A stretch of 64,000 nt of DNA, taken from the IMG/VR virus record IMGVR_UViG_3300031746_000002, positions 32,001 to 96,000 of that record; one strand, 5' to 3'. The DNA comes from a virus. Of the stretch, positions 9,845-19,705 are shown piece after piece (the stretch's first letter is position 1; each line of letters opens with the position of its first letter). Below the pieces are notes generated by a model that worked only from the letters and a program-made list of their open reading frames with translations, was not told the origin of the DNA and searched no databases. A program made the translations under genes and the position numbers.

Positions 9845-10306
9845 AAGGAGGAACAGATGAGAGTATGGATATTAATTGATGTTGATGACAATTCACCAGA
9901 TTTTACTCCAGATGTAAAACGCAAAGGCAAGTTAACTATAATTGGGCATTTCCTGCATTCTTTCAAACCAGTAAAGATGGAACCAAAAAAAGCTGTCGTA
10001 ATTAAAAAAGATAAATCAAGAGTTAAGTACAATTTCAATGAACATGCAGAAGCTGAATTCATTGAGAAAGTAGAAGCTAAAGAATAACATGTTTGATGAT
10101 ATTATAAAAACTTGTAAAGAAAAATCATGCAAAGATTGTGAATGGTGTGTTAATGACACTGAGAAAAAAGATAGATGGTGTTTTTGGAGACTTGTCCCAT
10201 GCTGCTCACTTCCTCGCTATTGGACTGAAAAAGATACAAGGCAAGTAATGATAGTTCTTAAGTTTATGAAAGAAGAAAAAATAACAAATATTTTAAAGGA
10301 GGTAAC

Positions 10307-10834
10307 ATGAAAAAGGGATTAGTAATTACGCTGTTAGTTTTAATTAGTTTGGTTACAATTTTTTGCTGTACTTACATTTCTTACAGCAATAAAGAAATTC
10401 AGTTAAAGAATTTAGCAGCTGCACAAGAAGAATCGAACAAAGCAATCTTTGACAAAGTATGGAAAATCATTTGCCAAAAAACACAGATTGCAAACAAATA
10501 CAAAGATGATTTTGTAGATGTTTATGAAAAAGTAATGTCTGGAAGGTATCAAGAAAAAAACAGTGTACTTTTCAGTTGGATCCAAGAACATAATCCGCAG
10601 TTAGATGCAAAGGTTTATGTTTCATTGATGGACACAATAGAAGGGCAGAGGGAAAGTTTTACACAAGTACAAGTGAAATTACGAGATATTAAAAGGGAAC
10701 ATGACAACATCAGGACATTATTTCCGGGTTCTTTCTTTGTAGGACGCAGACCAGAACTTAAAGTAACGATAGTAACATCAGACAAAACTGAAGACACATT
10801 CAAATCAGCAAAGGAAAATGACGTAAAGTTATAA
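10307..10834 (+). CDS. Membrane-anchored coiled-coil (LemA-like) protein
   Basis: N-terminal TM helix, helical body, FPGSFF motif. Confidence 0.5.
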   Translation: MKKGLVITLLVLISLVTIFCCTYISYSNKEIQLKNLAAAQEESNKAIFDKVWKIICQKTQIANKYKDDFVDVYEKVMSGRYQEKNSVLFSWIQEHNPQLDAKVYVSLMDTIEGQRESFTQVQVKLRDIKREHDNIRTLFPGSFFVGRRPELKVTIVTSDKTEDTFKSAKENDVKL

Positions 10835-10846
10835 GGAGAAATTATC

Positions 10847-11953
10847 ATGTGGATATTTCTATTTTTATTAATTCCAATAATTACTGCTGCTTACTTACTT
10901 TATAAATATCCTAAGAATACAACATGGTGGGAAGCAGCTGTCACGGTAATTATACCAATGGTTGTTGTGATATTGATTAAGTTCTTATCACAACAGTCAT
11001 TGATGTATTCTAACGAATACTGGAATTCATATGCTACTGAGGCAAGGTATTATGAAGACTGGAATGAAGAAGTAATAGAAATTCATTATACATATGATAG
11101 TGATGGAAATATTAGTGGTTCATATACAACTACCAGCATTGATTATCATCCACCATACTGGGAGCTGCATGGTAATTGCGGCGAAACAGCAAATATTCCT
11201 GAGTCAACATTTAATAACTTAAAAACTTTATGGAATAATAATGCTTTTGTAGAACTTCATAGAGGATTTTATGATAATGATGGAGATTTATATACAACGA
11301 AATGGGATAATATAATGTTGCATATAGAAACCATTACTACAATGCATAATTATAAAAACAAAGTTAAATCATCAAGCTCTGTCTTTGGTTATAAAAAGAT
11401 TGATAAAAAAATAACACCAGTTATTGAGTATAATAAAATTAATAATTATAGTTGTGATTTCATTTATAATTATAAGAACATGGGAGATCAGGACTATCTT
11501 CGCAGATGGAATGCTTATTTAGGAGCGAAGAAAAAAGTTGTAATAATGATAATACCATATTATAAAGGAAAGCTTGAAGATGCATTCAATCAAGAAGCAT
11601 ATTGGACAGGTGGAAATAAAAACGAATTCATTGCATGCATTGGTATAAGTTCAAGCACTATTAATTGGGTTCATATAATTTCTTGGACACCTTTAACAGT
11701 ATTGAAAGCGCAAATAGCAAGAGAAATTAAAGAAATGAAAACAGTTAACATGTTTAAGATAGTAGAATATTTAGGAAATACTATTGATAAGACTCCAGGT
11801 TTTGTTCGTAAAGATTTCGAAGAATTTAATTACATTAGTGTTCCTGTACCGCTTTGGGGTTATATTATAGCAGGACTTTTGTCAATCATAGTTTCTTTTG
11901 GTATGGCTATGTGGGTTATAGAGAATGAATTTAATACTGATGGGAGTTATTAA
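10847..11953 (+). CDS. Membrane protein with two N-terminal and one C-terminal TM helices
   Basis: Hydrophobic segments flanking a large soluble domain (YWTGGNKNE). Confidence 0.6.
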   Translation: MWIFLFLLIPIITAAYLLYKYPKNTTWWEAAVTVIIPMVVVILIKFLSQQSLMYSNEYWNSYATEARYYEDWNEEVIEIHYTYDSDGNISGSYTTTSIDYHPPYWELHGNCGETANIPESTFNNLKTLWNNNAFVELHRGFYDNDGDLYTTKWDNIMLHIETITTMHNYKNKVKSSSSVFGYKKIDKKITPVIEYNKINNYSCDFIYNYKNMGDQDYLRRWNAYLGAKKKVVIMIIPYYKGKLEDAFNQEAYWTGGNKNEFIACIGISSSTINWVHIISWTPLTVLKAQIAREIKEMKTVNMFKIVEYLGNTIDKTPGFVRKDFEEFNYISVPVPLWGYIIAGLLSIIVSFGMAMWVIENEFNTDGSY

Positions 11954-12606
11954 TGAGAAGTTTAATTATCAGTGATTTACACATGGGAGATGGTACAGGT
12001 ACAGATGATTTTATAGCACAGGATGATAAAGTATTAAATTTTATAGAAAATATTAATCCTGATATATTATATTTAAACGGTGATATTTTTGAATTATGGC
12101 AATGTAGTATGCGTAAGATAAGAAAGTTTCATTATACATTTACTAATTATGTTGAAGGCAAATATTACAAACCAGTGATTTTTCCTCAGATAGTTAAACT
12201 TAAAGGTAATCATGACTATTCATTACTGGGACAAATGAAAGCAGAAATAACTACAAGATCAGGAAAAAAAGTTCTTATTACTCATGGTTTTCAAAATGAT
12301 CCTTTGATGACAAATCCTATTTCAAGATTTTTCACTTGGTGCTTAGGAAGAATAGAAAGACTTATTCCAAATATAGATAATGTTTTTAGTGCATCTAAAA
12401 GAATAAATAATAAAGCTAACGAATATGCGATGCAACAACTTAAAAAATATGATATAGTTATTTTAGGACATACTCATAAAATAGAATGTAAACAATATTT
12501 AGTATTAGGTCGATTTGTTACTTATGCAAACAGTGGCACTTGTACTAATGGAAAAATACAAGGTATTTTATTAGACACTGATACTGATGAAATTAAAATA
12601 GTATAG
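11953..12606 (+). CDS. Calcineurin-like metallophosphoesterase (LpxH/YbbF-like)
   Basis: SDLH, NGDIFE, GNHD, THG and GHTH motifs. Confidence 0.85.
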   Translation: MRSLIISDLHMGDGTGTDDFIAQDDKVLNFIENINPDILYLNGDIFELWQCSMRKIRKFHYTFTNYVEGKYYKPVIFPQIVKLKGNHDYSLLGQMKAEITTRSGKKVLITHGFQNDPLMTNPISRFFTWCLGRIERLIPNIDNVFSASKRINNKANEYAMQQLKKYDIVILGHTHKIECKQYLVLGRFVTYANSGTCTNGKIQGILLDTDTDEIKIV

Positions 12607-12793
12607 GAGGAACCATGCCAGATGTAACTATGTGCGAATTTAAAGATGAATGTAAAAATTTTCATAGTCAATGCTATGCCCAAAACACTATTAAAAATTG
12701 TAAGATAAGACAACAGAAATTAAAAGATCATATAAGAGTTGGCAAAGTTTTTAATAAAATGCATCATCATATTAAAAACCAAGAGGCTGACGA

Positions 12794-13153
12794 ATGAAAA
12801 TATATTACGCTCATAGCAAAGCAATTTATGGTACGCAAAGAGAAAAAGAAGAGTTATGTTTTTTAAAACTTGTATTTGATGTTGTTGACCCTAATAATGA
12901 TATGGGTGAAAGAGGTAATATAAAATATTATCTTGAAGCTATAAATAAATGTGATTTAGTAATTTGTTCTGAATATCAAGACTTTATAGGTAAAGGTGTT
13001 TTTCAAGAAATAGATTGGGCTATAAAAAATAATAAACCAGTTCTATGTATGCGTCCACATGATAAAACATTTCTATTATCTTTAGTTAAAGATACGAAAA
13101 TTCATGATGTTACAGACTGGCATGTTAAGTATGGAAAACTTACTGTTTATTAA
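12794..13153 (+). CDS. Nucleoside 2-deoxyribosyltransferase-like protein
   Basis: KIYYAH, CDLVI and GVFQEIDWA..NKPV pattern. Confidence 0.55.
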   Translation: MKIYYAHSKAIYGTQREKEELCFLKLVFDVVDPNNDMGERGNIKYYLEAINKCDLVICSEYQDFIGKGVFQEIDWAIKNNKPVLCMRPHDKTFLLSLVKDTKIHDVTDWHVKYGKLTVY

Positions 13154-13173
13154 TAACAAAATGAAAATAAATA

Positions 13174-13218
13174 AATTATTTTGTTTACGCAATTATTCTA
13201 ATATGGTATATTATTATT
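13174..13218 (+). promoter_or_regulatory. Early sigma70-type promoter, diverged copy 3
   Basis: AATTATTTTG-TTTACG(13184)-N17-TATATT(13207), preceded by TG. Confidence 0.7.
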
Positions 13219-13253
13219 AAGGATAAAACGAATAAGAGAAGTAGATGCTGAGC

Positions 13254-13440
13254 AAAGGAAAACGGAATGAGTAAAGGAAAACGGAACATAATTCAAACCT
13301 ATAAGTCAATCTTGCCAGTTCATAACTTTGCTGGTATTCCAACTGCCTATCCAATACAACTTATTATAAATATTTTTTCAACCTATGATGTTAACATCGT
13401 AGGTAATTCAAGGAGGAAAACGGAAAATGAAAAACGGAAA
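13254..13440 (+). repeat. Repeated AGGAAAACGGAA motif (13256, 13275, 13414; partial at 13431)
   Basis: Direct repeats over the RBS/start of ORFs 13267 and 13427. Confidence 0.8.
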
Positions 13441-13759
13441 AGCTGTCGGCAGGTTATCGCTGAAATTGAAAAGAAGATTGACCAAAGAACTTATTTTAAA
13501 AGGAGTAAACAAAGAAGTAATTGAAACCGCAATTAAATCTGCAGAAATGGCAACAGAAAAAAAGTACCCAAAACTCACCCGTCAAAACATCAAACAAGCC
13601 AATCAATTGTTAGCTGAAGAAGGTACAGTAATTCTTAAACTCAGTGCAAAAGGTAAAATCTATTTTATCAACCATACAAGAGTAAAGGTTCATGATAAAA
13701 GAATAGATTATCTTCGCTCTGATGAAATGCGTAAAAACAAAGCAAATAAACACCAATGA
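13427..13759 (+). CDS. Hypothetical basic protein
   Basis: AGGAGG RBS. Confidence 0.65.
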   Translation: MKNGKAVGRLSLKLKRRLTKELILKGVNKEVIETAIKSAEMATEKKYPKLTRQNIKQANQLLAEEGTVILKLSAKGKIYFINHTRVKVHDKRIDYLRSDEMRKNKANKHQ

Positions 13760-13817
13760 TTTTGGGAACTAAAGTGGTGAAGTACTGACGAGCACAAATT
13801 TAAGGAGGAAACAATTA

Positions 13818-14447
13818 ATGCTTAAAAGTCTTTGGGACAGGGTTAGAAACAATGAGGCTACAGAAGAAGAACGAAATGCATTTGCTAGCGAAATTAAAAT
13901 TATTGTTAAAGCGCGTAAATCAAAAATCAATAAAGAAGTCGCTAGAAGTACCATGAGAGAGTATGATGATTTATTAAATGAAGTTTGTAATCATACTTAT
14001 ATGTGCGTCATAAAGTACAAATATAACTCTAAGATTACAACAGTTGTTTATAAACTAGTAGACCAATACACTATTTATCTATACAGGAAAACAAGACGTA
14101 ACAAAGTTATTCCTCCTGAGTTAATAGATACTTTTACATCATCTCAACGTCCTGAAAATTTACGATATTTTAGAAACGATCCCAATAATGAAAATTTAAG
14201 CTTTGATGAAGTATTAGCAAATAAAAAAGATTGTGTTGAAAATGATTTAATATACGATAATTACATAGAAAAAATAAAAGGGGTTTTAATAAAAAATCAT
14301 GACACTGTTTCATTAAAAATACTTGAAGGAAAATTAAAAGGATATACTGATGCAAAGATAGCTAAGACATTAGGAGTAAGTACACCCAAAGTAAATTGTA
14401 TTAAACGGGAAAATCTTATGGAGGCTGTTTCACAAGTATTATGCTAA
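13818..14447 (+). CDS. Phage sigma70-family (ECF-like) sigma factor
   Basis: Region-2-like EYDDLLNE segment and C-terminal HTH GYTDAKIAKTLGVS. Confidence 0.65.
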   Translation: MLKSLWDRVRNNEATEEERNAFASEIKIIVKARKSKINKEVARSTMREYDDLLNEVCNHTYMCVIKYKYNSKITTVVYKLVDQYTIYLYRKTRRNKVIPPELIDTFTSSQRPENLRYFRNDPNNENLSFDEVLANKKDCVENDLIYDNYIEKIKGVLIKNHDTVSLKILEGKLKGYTDAKIAKTLGVSTPKVNCIKRENLMEAVSQVLC

Positions 14448-15853
14448 ACCTTTATATTAATAATCTGATAAGATTTGATAGTACATCTATTTCATCGCAA
14501 CTATATGAAATATTGAAGCAGAGGTTTACCTATTCAAATCCAGAATATTATAAACAAAAAGCAATGGGATTTTATGTGGGACATACTCCACAAAAATTAT
14601 ATACACATTTCATTGACCGTAATATCATTGCTTTTTCTAGAGGTACTATTAGTGAATTACGAAAAATACTTGATGGGAATGGCGTTCAATGTAAAATATA
14701 TGATGAACGAAAAGAAGGACATAAAATATCATATAGGTTTGAACGTAACATAAACCTTTATCCTTTTCAAACACAAGCAATAAATGATTTATCAGCTAAA
14801 ACACAAGGTATATTAATAGCACCTCCAGGAGCTGGTAAAACAATAATGGCTATGGGTGTAATTAATAAACTTAAAAAATCTACTTTAATCATTGTTCATA
14901 CTTCAGAATTGTTAAGACAATGGAAAGAGCAGATACAAGAAAAAACAAATCAAAAGACAATAGGACAAATCGGTGCTGGTAAATATCAATTGGAAAATAT
15001 AACTATAGGAATGTTACAAACATTGACTAAAGTTAATAAAACAAAAATGAAAGAAATAAATAACTTTTTTGGTATAGTTATAACAGATGAATGCCATCAT
15101 ACTCCGGCAAATACACTGTTCTATTTTTTAAATTCTTCTGAAGCTAAATATCGTTATGGTTTAACAGCAACACCAAAAAGAAAAGATGGTAAAGAATTTT
15201 TGTTGAAAGATACAATAAGCCATCATAGCATTGAAATTACTAATAGTGACTTAGAGCAGCATGATCAGTATGTTGCTGGAGATGCAGAATTTATTTTTGA
15301 TAGTAATTTTATGTATGATATTGCAATGGATGATGAAGTTAAAGCAGACTGGAATATGGTCATTGATGCAATGATAAGTAATGAAGGCAGAAATCTTACA
15401 ATTGTTAATGAAATAATAAAGGATATAGATGCTGGCAGATTAATTTTAGTTCTAACTACACGTGTAGAACATTGTCAAAATCTGCAAGCAATGTTAGAGG
15501 AACGGGGATATAAATGTGAAGCAGTTTATGGTGACCCAGAAAAGCATCATAGAGAAGCTGCTCTACGAAGAATAAAAGAAGGTCAAAGCAGAGTAATGGT
15601 AGCTACAGAAAATTTAGCAGCAGAAGGACTTGATATTCCAGAATTAGATACATTACATCTTGTTATACCAACTACTAATAAATATAAATTAAAACAAATG
15701 ACTGGTAGGATTAGACGTAAGTACGATAAGAAACAATTACCTTTAGTTAAGGATTATGCTGATATAAAAATAGGTGAATTAAAAGGTGCAGCTAAGAAGC
15801 GATTAAAGATATATAAGGATTTAGGATTACACATACGAAATATTTTCTTATAA
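14441..15853 (+). CDS. Superfamily 2 DExH helicase
   Basis: APPGAGKT, DECHH, TAT, EGLDIP and QMTGRIRR motifs. Confidence 0.92.
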   Translation: MLNLYINNLIRFDSTSISSQLYEILKQRFTYSNPEYYKQKAMGFYVGHTPQKLYTHFIDRNIIAFSRGTISELRKILDGNGVQCKIYDERKEGHKISYRFERNINLYPFQTQAINDLSAKTQGILIAPPGAGKTIMAMGVINKLKKSTLIIVHTSELLRQWKEQIQEKTNQKTIGQIGAGKYQLENITIGMLQTLTKVNKTKMKEINNFFGIVITDECHHTPANTLFYFLNSSEAKYRYGLTATPKRKDGKEFLLKDTISHHSIEITNSDLEQHDQYVAGDAEFIFDSNFMYDIAMDDEVKADWNMVIDAMISNEGRNLTIVNEIIKDIDAGRLILVLTTRVEHCQNLQAMLEERGYKCEAVYGDPEKHHREAALRRIKEGQSRVMVATENLAAEGLDIPELDTLHLVIPTTNKYKLKQMTGRIRRKYDKKQLPLVKDYADIKIGELKGAAKKRLKIYKDLGLHIRNIFL

Positions 15854-15898
15854 AAGGCTTATAAATATAATACAGATAAAAAACAAAAGGAGGCGTAG

Positions 15899-16207
15899 AT
15901 GAAAACAATCCGTAAAGCAATTGAAAACAAGTGGACAACAATCACACTTGAAAAAGAAGAGGAACAGAAATTAATTGCAAGAACGATAAAGAAAAATGCT
16001 AATCGTCTTGCAAAGGTTACAAGCTTTGTTAATGAAAAAGACAAAGACATTAAAGAAGTAATTGATGGTATCGAACTTGACAAGGCAAAAGTAATTGAGC
16101 TAATCTTCTTACAAATAGCTGAACCGTTAGAAGATGTTGTCAGCGATTATGTTGAGGAACAAATTGAAAATGGAAAAATCAAACCCAGTAAAAAAGACAT
16201 TGAATGA
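15899..16207 (+). CDS. Hypothetical protein
   Basis: GGAGG RBS, downstream of a GCTTA motif. Confidence 0.6.
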   Translation: MKTIRKAIENKWTTITLEKEEEQKLIARTIKKNANRLAKVTSFVNEKDKDIKEVIDGIELDKAKVIELIFLQIAEPLEDVVSDYVEEQIENGKIKPSKKDIE

Positions 16208-16904
16208 AGCTGAAGCAGATTTAGCTAAAGACTTAGCCAGACGATTAATCCGAAAAAAGAAGTTAACAAAAATAATAACAAAATTGGATAATCGTTATCG
16301 TGGCAAAAGTAAACCTGCTGATGTTTTGGAATACTACAAAACAATTCAGAATAACAAACGTATCAATAATGCATTGATAGTTGAAAGAAGGGAGCAGTTA
16401 AATATGAAACAATCAGTTAAAGAAGAGACAAAAGTTAAAACTGCCCCTGATGAACAGCAGCCTATAAAACCAAATGGTTCTGAAGCAAAAGAATTATTAA
16501 GTTATGCATTGAAATCATTCAAAAAGAAATTTGGTGCAAATGCAATGTATACTAATAATGAATTTGCAATATCAATGAGTACTTTAAAAAACATGTTGAA
16601 ACTATACGATGCAAACCAGATTAAAGAATTCATTGAAGAATATTATAATTTAGATGATGCATTTTTACAAAGTGCTGGTTATAAGTTAAGATTTCTGCCA
16701 TCTAAAATAAATACTATCATTGCAACACGAAGTAAATTTAAAACTAAACATCAAGACTTTACAAAAAAAGATTATGGAAAAAGTTTATCTAATAGCCAGC
16801 TTCATGAATATATAGCAATGAAAAAGAGCGGTGAATGTACAGGTAAAGAACCCTGGGCTAAAGAATATGAAAAAGAAATACATGATAGGGAATTAGATGG
16901 ATAA
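16134..16904 (+). CDS. Hypothetical protein, possible replication initiator (start uncertain)
   Basis: Position directly upstream of the DnaC-like loader and DnaB. Confidence 0.45.
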   Translation: MLSAIMLRNKLKMEKSNPVKKTLNEAEADLAKDLARRLIRKKKLTKIITKLDNRYRGKSKPADVLEYYKTIQNNKRINNALIVERREQLNMKQSVKEETKVKTAPDEQQPIKPNGSEAKELLSYALKSFKKKFGANAMYTNNEFAISMSTLKNMLKLYDANQIKEFIEEYYNLDDAFLQSAGYKLRFLPSKINTIIATRSKFKTKHQDFTKKDYGKSLSNSQLHEYIAMKKSGECTGKEPWAKEYEKEIHDRELDG

Positions 16905-17637
16905 TCTACAAGAAAAACGATTAGGTAAAATAAAATTTAATCTTTTAAAGAACTGTACCATTTGTAAAGGTACTGGTATTACAAAAGATGAACATACATG
17001 TATATGTTTACTTAACTATGAAAAATATGTGCATTATGATTTTGCTGGTATTGAAAAAGAATACTGGGAATTAACATTGGAAAAAGATTGGATAGGAGAT
17101 AAGGTAGCAAAAAAATATACACAACTTTATATAAAGCATTTGGTTAAAGCTTATGAGAATGGTTTAGGTATTATTTATCTTGGTAAAAATGGTGTTGGTA
17201 AAACAATGTTATCTAATGTTGTATTGAAAGAAGCATCAGACAAAAATTATAGTGTTAGAAATATTACTTTGGAAGAGTTATTAAAATTAATCAAAACTTC
17301 ATTTGAGTCTTCAGATGCAAAAGATGAATATGAAAAAATAAAACAAATGGATTTTATTTGCCTTGACAATGTAGGGTTAGAATATAAACCAAAAGACTTT
17401 GGAGTTTTTACTGTAGCTGAGATGGACGTATTAATAAGGTATAGACGACGTAATCTTTTACCAATTATTATAACTTCAAATTTAACAAGTAAAGAAGAAT
17501 TCATGGAAAATTATGGTTCATCTATTTTAAGTCTATTAATTTCTGCTTCAAAATTTATTATTGTTCAAGGCGAAGATTACAGATTAAAACAAGGTGAAGA
17601 CTGGGAAAATAAATTAAAAGGAATAAGCGGTGAATGA
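16897..17637 (+). CDS. dnaC: DnaC/IstB-like helicase loader ATPase
   Basis: N-terminal CxxC...CxC, GKNGVGKT, LDNVG, IITSN, GEDYR. Confidence 0.85.
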   Translation: MDNLQEKRLGKIKFNLLKNCTICKGTGITKDEHTCICLLNYEKYVHYDFAGIEKEYWELTLEKDWIGDKVAKKYTQLYIKHLVKAYENGLGIIYLGKNGVGKTMLSNVVLKEASDKNYSVRNITLEELLKLIKTSFESSDAKDEYEKIKQMDFICLDNVGLEYKPKDFGVFTVAEMDVLIRYRRRNLLPIIITSNLTSKEEFMENYGSSILSLLISASKFIIVQGEDYRLKQGEDWENKLKGISGE

Positions 17638-19057
17638 AATAACTATCCAACGAAAATTACTTAAATTAATGCTTCTTAGTAAAGAAGTTACTTCAGAAGC
17701 AAGTAAACGTTTAGCTTCAAAAATGTTTACATCAGAATATGCTAAATGGTTTTATGAAAAGACAACAGAATATTTTATTAGATTTGGATCATTGCCTACA
17801 CTTAAAATTTTAATGGATATTTTAAAGAGGCATACTAACAATGAAAAAATAGTTGAAGAACATAGATTATTTTTAAAACAAATTAAAGTTGAAGAAGTAA
17901 AAGCAAAAGAAGCAAATTATTATATTGAAACTATTAATGAGACATATACTAAGTTAGAAGCTTATAATATTCTACAAAGTGCTGTAGTTGATATGGAAAA
18001 ACCTGGTTCTAATATATTTACTGGAATTGAAAACTTACAATTGAAGTTAGGACAGTTAAGTTATGCTACATCACCAACACCAGTTCAAAGAATAGAAGTA
18101 GTTAGTGGATTATTGGAAAGACTTAAACTATATGAGGATTTTAGGTATGATGCAGAAGGAGTAACAACGGGTTTAACAGAGCTTGATAATCATATAGGTG
18201 GATTTCATAAGGGAGAGCTTGTAATCATCATTGGGGGGACGGGTGAAGGTAAATCCATAATCCTATTGAATTGTGCGACTGCTGCGTATCTAGACGCACA
18301 CAGTGTTATCTATATAACAATGGAAATGAGTGAAAATGATGTACTTATACGATATCATTCAAGAATATCAGGTTTGAACCATAATAAAATAAGGAAACAT
18401 AAACTTGACCCATTTGAAGAACGGGAACTTTATTCTAAAATTATTACTAATACTTTAAAAAAACCAGACAGAGAAAAATTTAAAAAATGGTTTGCTAGTC
18501 AATCATTGAAAAAAATAACTGTAGATGAACTATATGCAGCAGTAGCCAAAAATTTTAAATTTAAAGACAGTAGGCTTTATTTCTTAGATTTAATGAAAGA
18601 TTGCACTATTGAAAAAATAGAAATTGAAATTAAACAACTTATGAGAGGTCATACTTATGATGCAATTTATTTAGACCATCTTAACACAATAGAAACATCA
18701 CATAAATCAAATAATTGGGTTAGGGATATAGGTATCATAGCACGTAGATTAAAGAACCTTGCTAAAGAACTTAATGTACCTATAATAATTCCTTGTCAAA
18801 TGGTTTCAAAAAAAGAAGGTGAAGAAATAACAGCTGAAGATACAAAGTATGCAAAAGCTGTTGCAGAAAATGCTGATTGGGTTATAGGATTTAAACAATC
18901 TGAAGAAGATAAGATGACAGGTATAATTAAACTTGAATTAGCAAAGCATAGACATGCAGAAAAGATTATAATAAAAGCTAGAGAGAATTTTAATAAGATG
19001 CGAATCAGTGATTTTGAGGATAAAAATGGCATCACTATTAAAAAAGACAACATGTGA
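17630..19057 (+). CDS. dnaB: Replicative DNA helicase
   Basis: TTGLTELD, GGTGEGKS, MEM, LDHL, LKNLAKELNVP. Confidence 0.9.
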   Translation: MNEITIQRKLLKLMLLSKEVTSEASKRLASKMFTSEYAKWFYEKTTEYFIRFGSLPTLKILMDILKRHTNNEKIVEEHRLFLKQIKVEEVKAKEANYYIETINETYTKLEAYNILQSAVVDMEKPGSNIFTGIENLQLKLGQLSYATSPTPVQRIEVVSGLLERLKLYEDFRYDAEGVTTGLTELDNHIGGFHKGELVIIIGGTGEGKSIILLNCATAAYLDAHSVIYITMEMSENDVLIRYHSRISGLNHNKIRKHKLDPFEERELYSKIITNTLKKPDREKFKKWFASQSLKKITVDELYAAVAKNFKFKDSRLYFLDLMKDCTIEKIEIEIKQLMRGHTYDAIYLDHLNTIETSHKSNNWVRDIGIIARRLKNLAKELNVPIIIPCQMVSKKEGEEITAEDTKYAKAVAENADWVIGFKQSEEDKMTGIIKLELAKHRHAEKIIIKARENFNKMRISDFEDKNGITIKKDNM

Positions 19058-19265
19058 TATTGGCGAAGAAGATGAAGAAGTTTGTTTAGAACATAAAACT
19101 TCTAATCTAAGCGGATCAAAAATGCCTTGGCACAGAGATGGAAAATTATTTTGTGAAGGTTGTGGAAAAGGAGTTAGTTCAGTTTCAGTAGTTATTGAGG
19201 GGGCATTTTGCGATACTTGTATTATAGGTGTAATGAATAAAAGGATTATAAAGAATAAAAAATGA
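19026..19265 (+). CDS. Small Cys-rich zinc-finger protein
   Basis: CEGC and CDTC pairs; GAGG RBS. Confidence 0.5.
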   Translation: MASLLKKTTCDIGEEDEEVCLEHKTSNLSGSKMPWHRDGKLFCEGCGKGVSSVSVVIEGAFCDTCIIGVMNKRIIKNKK

Positions 19266-19627
19266 AAATACGACATTTACTTTTAGATTTTGAAGGAATA
19301 CAAAAAAATCTTAAATTACTTGATGACCCTAATAAGCTTGCTATAGTAATGATAAGAGCAGCTGAAGTGGCTTCAATGACAGCATTAAGCTGGAGCTTTC
19401 AAAAATATTTACCACAAGGTTTAACTGTTACTGTGTATTTAGCTGAAAGCCATTTATTAATATCAACAACACCAGAAAATAAAGAATGTAATATTGATGT
19501 AAGCGTTTGCAAAGAATCAAGTGATTTAGAAGCAGTAGAACAATATTTCAAAAAATTATTTAAACCAAAAAATATTATTAAGAATTGTATTGAACGTGGT
19601 TCTAAAAATATAGAAATAAAAGGATGA
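19262..19627 (+). CDS. speD: S-adenosylmethionine decarboxylase proenzyme-like
   Basis: RHLLLDF, QGLTV, LAESH autocleavage motif, DVSVC, ERG. Confidence 0.75.
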   Translation: MKIRHLLLDFEGIQKNLKLLDDPNKLAIVMIRAAEVASMTALSWSFQKYLPQGLTVTVYLAESHLLISTTPENKECNIDVSVCKESSDLEAVEQYFKKLFKPKNIIKNCIERGSKNIEIKG

Positions 19628-19630
19628 TAT

Positions 19631-19689
19631 GGGACTGGCTTTGGTTGGGCTATTTAATTCCGTTTTCCTAGTTTAGCCGAGCCAGTCTC
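19631..19689 (+). ncRNA. Putative antisense hairpin sRNA B
   Basis: About 21-bp stem with several G-U pairs (favouring the + strand) and loop TTTAATTCCGTTTTCC complementary to the repeats at 13256-13425. Confidence 0.55.
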
Positions 19690-19705
19690 TCCTTTTGGAG
19701 ATGAT

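Noticed and set aside
13715-13800. Possible second hammerhead (CTGATGA and CTGACGAGC motifs)
   Set aside because: No properly placed C-GAAA with stem II and no U-H cleavage site; stems do not close
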